Of a DNA stretch of 43,166 nucleotides, positions 34,623 through 41,375 are shown piece after piece. Position numbers and translations under genes: made by a program. The stretch comes from Desulfobacterales bacterium (GTDB lineage: Bacteria > Desulfobacterota > Desulfobacteria > Desulfobacterales > JAHEIW01). The stretch spans positions 1 through 43,166 of the forward strand of contig JASFGZ010000001.1 in assembly GCA_050123495.1 (NCBI GenBank). Direction: 5' to 3'. The first letter of the stretch is position 1. Each line of letters begins with the position of its first letter. The notes beneath the pieces are model-generated. The model saw only the letters and a program-made list of their open reading frames with translations, ran no database searches and was not told the origin of the DNA.

Positions 34623-35516
34623 ATGGCGAAGATTGATCTGCACGGCGTATTTCCCCCGATTACCACTCCATTTGTCAACGGCAAGATCGCCTACGACCAA
34701 CTGGCATCCAACGTTGAAAAGTGGAATCGAGCCGGACTTAAGGGTTTTGTGGTGTTGGGGTCAAACGGCGAATATGTCTATCTTTCTGAAGAAGAAAAAC
34801 GCAGGGTTGTTGAAAGCGTTGTTCAATCTGCTGCTAATGAGATGTTCATTATCGCCGGAACCGGCTGTGAATCCACAACTGAAACATTAAGGCTCACCGA
34901 AGATTGTGCCAAACTGGGCGCCCATGCTGCTTTGGTGGTCACTCCCCAATATTATGCCGGCAGGATGACTGAAGCGGCACTGGTTAAGCATTATTCTGAA
35001 GTAGCCGATCATTCACCGATACCGATTCTGGTATATAATGTTCCTAAATTTACGCACATCAATATGGCGGCTGGTATTGTTGCCGGCCTTTCAGAACACC
35101 CCCATATCGTTGGTATCAAAGACAGCTCCGGAAATGTAGTCCAACTCGGAGAAATGTTAAATGTGGTTGCCAGGGGTTTTAATGTTATGGTCGGAACCGC
35201 CGGCGTACTGTTCAGCGGACTGACCATAGGTTGTGCGGGCGGCGTTTGCGCGTTGGCCAATGTGGCTCCGGAAGCGTGTGTGAAAATTTTTGATCTGGTT
35301 AAAGCCGGTGACCTGGATGCCGCCCGGGAGCTGCAGCTCAGAATGATTCCGGTCAACCAGGCGGTTACCGCCCTATATGGTGTGCCGGGATTAAAAGCGG
35401 CCATGGATATGCGGGGCTATTTCGGGGGCGATCCGCGGTTGCCTCTATTGCCCTCTTCAGAGCGGGAAAGATCAGAGATTGAGGCCATTCTAAAAAAAGC
35501 TGACTTGTTAAATTAA
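34623..35516 (+). CDS. DapA/NAL-superfamily aldolase, HOGA1-like (putative 4-hydroxy-2-oxoglutarate aldolase)
   Basis: FPPITTPF, GFVVLGSNGEYVYLSEEEK, VVTPQYY, GIKDSSG (Schiff-base Lys), GGVCALANV. These match human HOGA1 motifs as I recall them more closely than they match DapA. Confidence 0.75.
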   Translation: MAKIDLHGVFPPITTPFVNGKIAYDQLASNVEKWNRAGLKGFVVLGSNGEYVYLSEEEKRRVVESVVQSAANEMFIIAGTGCESTTETLRLTEDCAKLGAHAALVVTPQYYAGRMTEAALVKHYSEVADHSPIPILVYNVPKFTHINMAAGIVAGLSEHPHIVGIKDSSGNVVQLGEMLNVVARGFNVMVGTAGVLFSGLTIGCAGGVCALANVAPEACVKIFDLVKAGDLDAARELQLRMIPVNQAVTALYGVPGLKAAMDMRGYFGGDPRLPLLPSSERERSEIEAILKKADLLN

Positions 35517-36745
35517 AATGCTTTTTTTTCTTTGGTGAAACTGTAGATTCCCCCTGCTGCCAGCAGCGACAACGTACACACCATAAAAGATGCGTCGAAA
35601 GCAGCCGGTCCCCGGGAAGCCTCCGGGTAAAGGGCTTGCATCAGAATCCCCAGCCCCTGAAGAAAAACCGCCGGGCCCATCATGTTGAAAAAATTGACAC
35701 CGGTCATGGCGGCCCCTGCCATCGCATGGGGCATTTGATCTTTAATGTGCGGATACATCAGCAATCCGGCGGCTGAGAAAAAACCGAAAGCAAAGAAAAA
35801 TGCGGCGATGACAATCAAGCCGGCATTTGGTGGAAGTGACATCAGAACCAGCGCAACTCCGGCAACGAGGACCAGACAAAAAACGATGATCCATTTACGT
35901 GTCTTGAAAATTCTGTCCGACACAGCCCCCCAGAAAGGGCTTCCGATAATCATCCCTGTGGTCATCAATAATATGAGATTGCCGGCTTTTACGGCAGAGT
36001 AACCCATAACTTCCCTCAGAAACGGTCCGGCCCATAGCGCCTGAAAGGCGGCAAATGTACCGTAACGAACAAAAGATGTCATTGAGATGATCCAGTAATC
36101 TCTATCTTTTAAAAGCATTGCCAGATTAAGAAAAGCCTGCTTAAAACTGATAGATGGCTCCATGCGTGAGGCGTTACCGATTGTATCTGATGGCCTGTCA
36201 CGCACAACAATATAAAGCGTAAGGGCTAATACCAGATTGATGGCGCCAATTAATTGAAAACTTTGCCGCCAACCGACGTGTTCCACCAGAATCACCAGCG
36301 GGGTCGTTGCCATGATATTTCCGAAGGTGCCGATAGCAAGGACAAGACCGCTAAGGGTGGCGAAAATAAGCGGCTCGAACCATTCGGTTAATAGCTTAAA
36401 GGTTCCCATCAAATTGCAGGCCATACCGACGCCCAGGAGGATGCGACCGATTAAGCCCAGACTCAATGAGTCTGCCAGAGAAAAAATGACCGCACCCAAT
36501 ATGCCCAGCAGCGTCAGGAACGTCATCAGCCGTCGTGGGCCTACTTTATCTAAAAGCAGGCTGATGGGTATTTGGGTTATTGCAAAAGCATAAAAAAAAG
36601 AAGCCGACATCAATCCCAACCCCTCCGTTTCCAGAGACAGATCGCGGATTAACTCTGAGGCAATAACGGCGTTGGAAGTCCGGTAAAACTGCGACAGGAA
36701 AAAAAGCGATGTGGCAAGTATAAATATGATCCAGCGGCGCGGCAT
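35513..36745 (-). CDS. MFS transporter
   Basis: 410 aa with about 12 hydrophobic segments and MFS-like loop motifs. Its stop shares the palindromic TTAA with the convergent aldolase gene. Confidence 0.8.
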   Translation of the reverse strand: MPRRWIIFILATSLFFLSQFYRTSNAVIASELIRDLSLETEGLGLMSASFFYAFAITQIPISLLLDKVGPRRLMTFLTLLGILGAVIFSLADSLSLGLIGRILLGVGMACNLMGTFKLLTEWFEPLIFATLSGLVLAIGTFGNIMATTPLVILVEHVGWRQSFQLIGAINLVLALTLYIVVRDRPSDTIGNASRMEPSISFKQAFLNLAMLLKDRDYWIISMTSFVRYGTFAAFQALWAGPFLREVMGYSAVKAGNLILLMTTGMIIGSPFWGAVSDRIFKTRKWIIVFCLVLVAGVALVLMSLPPNAGLIVIAAFFFAFGFFSAAGLLMYPHIKDQMPHAMAGAAMTGVNFFNMMGPAVFLQGLGILMQALYPEASRGPAAFDASFMVCTLSLLAAGGIYSFTKEKKAF

Positions 36746-36840
36746 AATATTTTCTTTATTATTGTAATTTAGCCGATTAATTCATTTGTGGCATTTGCTT
36801 TATTAAGGGGTCAAGCGTGCTTGTCAAGCACAAAGTATCC

Positions 36841-36917
36841 CCTAAAATGAGCGTTTCAAATTTTAAAAGAGGAAAATGTTTTAATTATTATGGACCATAT
36901 TGCTTTTTAAAATTTCA
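36841..36917. repeat. family E AT-rich inverted repeat (E1)
   Basis: 36841-36868 CCTAAAATGAGCGTTTCAAATTTTAAAA is identical to 43063-43090. The partner TTTTAAAATTTCA lies at 36905-36917. Confidence 0.8.
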
Positions 36918-36967
36918 TCTTTATAATCAAATAGAAATTTGACAGCAGTAATTTTATTGGTTTTTCC

Positions 36968-37247
36968 AAACCGGGTGCTTCGCACCGGGTTTCACCCGCA
37001 ACGATTGGGGCACTTCGCGCCCCTGTTTTTACCGCCTTTGGCGGTAAAATCCAAGCCACCCGCTTTGCGGGTGGTCGTTGACGCATTCGCCGAGGGCGAT
37101 TGAATTTTTTGGTTTTCATCCCGCCGCTGTCGCGCTAAAACGTGACGATGGCGCGGCAGGCCCCGAAAGCCAAAATAATATCTTAAAAATCCTGCTTGGC
37201 TCGCCGAAGCTAAGCAAGCGAAGGCGGGTTAATCCTGTCTAAAAAAT
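36968..37247. repeat. array of GC-rich hairpins ending in the family B tail (B2)
   Basis: Consecutive hairpins around CCGGGTGCTTCGCACCGGG, GGGGCACTTCGCGCCCC, TACCGCC-TTT-GGCGGTA, CCACCCGC-TTT-GCGGGTGG, TCGCC-GAG-GGCGA and CTTGGCT..AGCTAAG, then AATCCTGTCTAAAAAAT (37231-37247), 16 nt before the sppA ATG. Confidence 0.75.
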
Positions 37248-37263
37248 CTTAAAGGAAGATAAC

Positions 37264-38250
37264 ATGCGAAGATCTCTATCCATCATGGTCGTATGTGTTG
37301 TTTTATTTCTAATTGGCTGTGAAGCGCCCAAGATTAGAATCTTTCCAAGCTATGCGGATCCACTGCAAGAGTACACGCTTCAAGGAAAAGAAAAGGGTAA
37401 GGTTCTGGTTATTCCGCTCAGAGGAATGATTTCAGATGCTCCCAAAAGAGAGTTTATCCGCACCCGGCCGAGTATGGTTCAGGAAGTTGTCTCCCAGCTT
37501 CGAAAAGCTGAAGATGATCCTGAAGTTAAAGCCGTCCTTCTAAAAATTGATTCACCCGGCGGGTCCGTCATCGCCAGCGATCTGATCTATAATGAAATTG
37601 TGGCCTTTAAACAACGCAAGGAAGCCAAAGTTGTTGTTGCCATGATGGGAGTGGCTGCTTCTGGAGGGTATTATATTTCGCTTCCGGCCGATTTTATTTT
37701 GGCGCATCCAACGACAGTTACCGGATCGGTGGGTGTTTTGTTTTTACGCCCCGATGTAACCGGTCTGATGGAAAAAATTGGCGTTGATGTGGATGTGAGC
37801 AAGACCGGTAAAAATAAAGACATGGGATCCCCCTTCCGCCAGGCGACCGAGGAAGAGAAGAAAATTACCCAAGACTTTATCGATCAGCTGGCGACTCGAT
37901 TTTTAGATCGCATTGCCGAACATCGTAAACTTGATCCCAAAAACCTAAAGGAAATCTCATCCGCCCGCATTTATTTAGCCCACGAAGCGTTGAATCTGGG
38001 TATGGTCGATCGCATCGGATATCTGGACGAGGCTGTCAGCGAGGCTAAAAAGCTGGCGGAACTGCCAGAAGATGCAAAAGTAGTGGTTTATCGCCGGACA
38101 GAGTATGCGGATGATAACCTTTACAACACCGCTACATCTCTCTATGAAGGCCGTGGTCTGTCAGTTATATCACTGGATCTTCCCGGCGCACTGGCCCCTC
38201 TGCAAACCGGTTTTTACTACCTGTGGCATCCGGGTACGTGGGATCAATAA
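37264..38250 (+). CDS. sppA: signal peptide peptidase SppA, 36K type (lipoprotein)
   Basis: Lipobox LFLIGC, IDSPGGSV, and AASGGYYISLPAD in a single S49 domain; 328 aa. Confidence 0.88.
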   Translation: MRRSLSIMVVCVVLFLIGCEAPKIRIFPSYADPLQEYTLQGKEKGKVLVIPLRGMISDAPKREFIRTRPSMVQEVVSQLRKAEDDPEVKAVLLKIDSPGGSVIASDLIYNEIVAFKQRKEAKVVVAMMGVAASGGYYISLPADFILAHPTTVTGSVGVLFLRPDVTGLMEKIGVDVDVSKTGKNKDMGSPFRQATEEEKKITQDFIDQLATRFLDRIAEHRKLDPKNLKEISSARIYLAHEALNLGMVDRIGYLDEAVSEAKKLAELPEDAKVVVYRRTEYADDNLYNTATSLYEGRGLSVISLDLPGALAPLQTGFYYLWHPGTWDQ

Positions 38251-39278
38251 TGCCGTATTTTTCCATCCGCATTAAGCGCAGCGCGCGCTGTGGGTCGCTT
38301 TAGCAAATGCGTGATGGTCGTATCCACAATCTCATTCCACATCTGTTTTCCAACCGAGGCCTCATCAATAATAATATGGTGCATTTCTATCTCAGTCGCC
38401 GTATTGTCCTTCCTCACAGGATGGATTTTCCATTGATCCAGTTTTTGATTGCGGATCATTTTTTGTAAACCGGAAAACGAGATGAGCTCATCCTGCGCAT
38501 CAATAAAAACCACCGTTGGAACGTTTATCTTCGGATCCAGATTTTTTTCAAAATGCTTAGATGCTTCAAATAAGGCATTATAAGCAGCCATAGGTGTTCC
38601 TTTATTTGCTCGGTAAGATCCGGGGGCAAAGCTCGGAACAACCAGTTCCGGAAATGGCGACATCGTTTTTAAAAGATAATTGCGGTTATGCATTTGCAGG
38701 GCAGGGGCAAAAAGGACCATTTTGTCAAACTTTATATATGGATTTGAGGTAAACAGATCAACTCCAAGCAATCCGCCCATTGAAAAGCCGACAAAAAACA
38801 AACAGGTCCCATAGCGATTGCTTCTTTTTTTAACCTGTTGATACGCCAGATAGGTTTCAGTTCTCCAGAGTCGATATGAAACGGATTTGAATGCCTGCAT
38901 ACGTGCTTCTTCGCTGTCGGTATTGTTGAGTTGTGAATAGTTTTCACCATGGCCGCGCAAAGACAGATTTAAGCAGTCAATTCCGGCGGCTGTCATTTCT
39001 GCGATAATGGACTCCATTTTATCCGGTCGGCCATTTAATCCATGAATGACAAGGGCCACACCGTTTAATTTTTCAGCGTCTTTTCTATGATACCAGCGAA
39101 CTGCCGAAATTTCGGTTTGATTATTTTTAAAACCCTCCTCCGAATAGTTTAACGCCGATAAGCGGTCGTTAGCATTCACTTGAGCGCTCTGGCTGCAGGG
39201 ACGCGTTTCAAGCAAACCGTAAGCGCTTAAAGGCAGAATGAGACTTACAATTATTAAAGCAATCGAGCTGACTTTCAT
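38244..39278 (-). CDS. secreted alpha/beta hydrolase (lysophospholipase/S33-like)
   Basis: Signal peptide MKVSSIALIIVSLILPLSAYG, nucleophile elbow GFSMGG, HGLNGRP oxyanion region. It overlaps the sppA 3' end by 7 nt (convergent). Confidence 0.75.
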   Translation of the reverse strand: MKVSSIALIIVSLILPLSAYGLLETRPCSQSAQVNANDRLSALNYSEEGFKNNQTEISAVRWYHRKDAEKLNGVALVIHGLNGRPDKMESIIAEMTAAGIDCLNLSLRGHGENYSQLNNTDSEEARMQAFKSVSYRLWRTETYLAYQQVKKRSNRYGTCLFFVGFSMGGLLGVDLFTSNPYIKFDKMVLFAPALQMHNRNYLLKTMSPFPELVVPSFAPGSYRANKGTPMAAYNALFEASKHFEKNLDPKINVPTVVFIDAQDELISFSGLQKMIRNQKLDQWKIHPVRKDNTATEIEMHHIIIDEASVGKQMWNEIVDTTITHLLKRPTARAALNADGKIRHY

Positions 39279-39412
39279 GGTTGAACCTTCGAGGATTTAG
39301 ATTGTTACAATATTTTGTAAAAATTTGAGGTTAAAGTCAATGTCAGCGTTGGTATACAATACTAGACTCCATCTCAAAATAAAATTCAATATTCATTTGT
39401 AGCATATAGCAA

Positions 39413-39441
39413 TTGACATCGATTTATGAATTCATTATATA
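39413..39441 (+). promoter_or_regulatory. sigma-70 promoter
   Basis: TTGACA (39413-39418), a 17-nt spacer, then TATATA (39436-39441), upstream of the PA2779-family gene. Confidence 0.6.
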
Positions 39442-39525
39442 GGCGTCACTTTTACCTTAACTTAGGTTTCTACTAGGAGGTTAGATACGAAAAGGTTTCA
39501 GCAAACTCTAAAACCGGTAGGCTTT

Positions 39526-39897
39526 TTGCTGGCAATTTTTATGTTTATGCTATCCGGCCCTTATCAATCGGCTATGGCAGCCATGATCGACACCGAATCG
39601 GTCCTTGATTCGGGGCGAGCGCATAATGCGCGTGCGTATCTCAAAACCTTTCTGGCCCGTGAAGATGTAAAAAGCGCCCTAATATCGCAGGGCATCGATC
39701 CTCAGGAGGCCCGGAACCGTATTGATAGCCTGACTGAAGAAGAAGCGCGATTTGTTGCCGATCAACTCGATCAAATGCCTGCCGGCGGCGGATTTTTCAC
39801 GACGTTGCTAATTGTCATTTTTCTGGTTTTTGTTATACTTTTAGTTACGGATATTACCGGATATACGGATATATTTCCCTTTGTGAAATCAAAATAG
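39526..39897 (+). CDS. PA2779-family small membrane/exported protein; true start probably upstream (see findings)
   Basis: ...SLTEEEARFVADQLDQMPAGGG, then a TM segment and VTDITGYTDIFPFVKSK, which I recognise as the PA2779-family C-terminus. The first canonical start in frame is TTG 39526, but the frame is open from 39466. Confidence 0.65.
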   Translation: MLAIFMFMLSGPYQSAMAAMIDTESVLDSGRAHNARAYLKTFLAREDVKSALISQGIDPQEARNRIDSLTEEEARFVADQLDQMPAGGGFFTTLLIVIFLVFVILLVTDITGYTDIFPFVKSK

Positions 39898-40046
39898 AAA
39901 CCGTCAAAATTTTGCCGATTGTGTAAATATTTTCACAATCCCCTGTGAATAAAAATTCATAATCTTTTTAGAGGGTTTAGCGATATTTTATTTAACTATA
40001 TGATATTATTTATAATATTGATAAATTTTTGATATTTCATCACATT

Positions 40047-40062
40047 TGGCATACTATTTGTA
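40047..40062 (+). promoter_or_regulatory. candidate sigma-54 promoter
   Basis: TGGCATACTATTTGTA against the consensus TGGCAC-N5-TTGCW. GG and TTG are correctly spaced, with a C-to-T change at -12. It sits in an otherwise AT-rich spacer. Confidence 0.4.
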
Positions 40063-40072
40063 TAGATGTATA

Positions 40073-40228
40073 GAAAAGATGGTTAACATCTTAATGGTCT
40101 CTCGAATGTGCGTGCATCTTCCCCTGCGGGCTTCAAACTAAAAAGGCGAATGACCACGCACGAGAATAACGGCATTCAGGGAGCCATAAATAAAAAAGGC
40201 GAAGCCAATTTTTGGCTTCGCCTTTTTT
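40073..40228 (+). ncRNA. candidate small RNA (~150 nt) between the sigma-54-like promoter and a strong terminator
   Basis: No credible ORF. Internal stem CTCG..GTGCGTG / CACGCAC.GAG. It ends in a 17-bp terminator hairpin with T6. The 5' end is approximate. Confidence 0.35.
40192..40228 (+). terminator. strong rho-independent terminator
   Basis: AAAAAAGGCGAAGCCAA-TTT-TTGGCTTCGCCTTTTTT: up to 17 bp of stem, a 3-nt loop and a T6 tail. Confidence 0.85.
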
Positions 40229-40348
40229 ATTTATTATCACCGCAAAGCGCAGCCACCTTCCGCTATCTAAATTTGTCTGTCCTTACAATTTTTCACTGCT
40301 TGCGAAGCGCCCGGACCGACCTTATCTTTTTTTTACAGCACGGGATTT

Positions 40349-40438
40349 GGAGCATTCTGAGCTCCTTAAATAAAATATCGATTAGATGCGAAATCCCGCT
40401 TTATTGAGCGGGCAGATGGGGTTTTGAAACAAGTTCTA
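40349..40438. repeat. family D solo right arm (D2)
   Basis: By hand alignment, 78 of 90 positions are identical to 17047-17136, including ATTAGATGCGAAATCCCGCTT and AGATGGGGTTTTGAAACAA. It ends 19 nt before the FmdB-family ATG. Confidence 0.85.
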
Positions 40439-40457
40439 GAAAATATGGAGGCGTACC

Positions 40458-40658
40458 ATGCCCATATATGAATACAACTGTGAACACTGCAGCTACAAAT
40501 TTGATAAGCTCGTTATGAGCCACAATACCGATGTGAAATGTCCCCTTTGCCAAGGAGGCGTGAAAAAACTGATGTCAACGTTTTCCGTGGGCCACGATAA
40601 TACCGTTGCGGGCACCCTTCCACCGGGGGTTGGCCCCAAGATGTGCACCAATTGTTGA
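40458..40658 (+). CDS. FmdB-family zinc-ribbon protein
   Basis: MPIYEYNCEHCSYKFDKLV...KCPLCQGG (CxxC...CxxC), 66 aa. SD GGAGG upstream. Confidence 0.85.
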   Translation: MPIYEYNCEHCSYKFDKLVMSHNTDVKCPLCQGGVKKLMSTFSVGHDNTVAGTLPPGVGPKMCTNC

Positions 40659-40778
40659 GGACTGTATCAGTAGTATTATCAGCTTGTTTTGTCGCGAGTG
40701 CGAATCTGGAATGATGAAGATTAATTGAACCGATAAGTGCGTTTGTAATACCTAAACCTTAAAAGGTTTGCCCTATTG

Positions 40779-40925
40779 TAGAACCTATCTCAAAAATAAC
40801 GGATCAGGATTCAGGGCAAGGCGTCACGCGGATTGAACACGGAGCGTACCTTGAGTACGTGAGTATTTCAATTCGTGGGACAACGCAGTCCTGGATACTT
40901 AGACGCATTTTTAAGATAGGTTCTA
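40779..40925. repeat. family D-related MITE-like element (D3), 147 bp, with 19-bp terminal inverted repeats
   Basis: TAGAACCTATCTCAAAAAT (40779-40797) and ATTTTTAAGATAGGTTCTA (40907-40925) match at 18 of 19 positions. The core GCGGATTGAA..GAGCGTACCTTGAGTACGTGAGTAT..CAACGCAG parallels the D1 core at 16980-17041. Confidence 0.8.
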
Positions 40926-41342
40926 AGAGATGGTAGGATAAAGCTCCAACAAGCGATTGCCCAGCATCTGTGCCAGACGTTTAAAAAGCAGGGCTTCGTT
41001 ACGGGGAAATTTTTTCAGGATTTCCAGAAAATTATTCCGATCGAACTTCAGCAGATTGGTGGCATCCATGCATTCTGCAGAAGCCGAATAAATATCCCGT
41101 CCGATCAGCCCCGACCAGCCGATGATCTCCCCTGGCTGACGCGCCATGTAAACTACCGGCCCGGTGTCGCCCAGGCTGAGCTTAACTCTGCCTTTGAGCA
41201 AAACATAAAAATGATTGGCCTGATCTCCCGCGTTAAACAGAAGATCGCCTTCTTTTTGAGATAACTTTTCGGCGATATCCAATACTTCCACGCTAAAATC
41301 CTTACCCATGTCCATAAAAAAATCTGACATTTTGATATACAT
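40923..41342 (-). CDS. cyclic-nucleotide-binding domain protein
   Basis: LLFNAGDQANHFYVLLKGRVKLSL...PGEIIGWSGLIG: a typical cNMP-binding beta-roll, 139 aa with no output domain. AGGAG SD upstream. Confidence 0.8.
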   Translation of the reverse strand: MYIKMSDFFMDMGKDFSVEVLDIAEKLSQKEGDLLFNAGDQANHFYVLLKGRVKLSLGDTGPVVYMARQPGEIIGWSGLIGRDIYSASAECMDATNLLKFDRNNFLEILKKFPRNEALLFKRLAQMLGNRLLELYPTIS

Positions 41343-41375
41343 ATTTTCTGCTCCTGATAAACCCCAACTCTTCTC

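Noticed and set aside
40108-40407. A 99-aa ORF in the fmdB-upstream spacer. Similar ORFs lie at 36907-37119(-), 16886-17083(+), 34320-34532(+), 34213-34437(-), 11783-12031(+) and 11940-12206(-).
   Set aside because: All lie within repeat or hairpin elements or span a terminator. They lack SDs and have low-complexity or Arg/Cys-rich composition typical of translated repeats.
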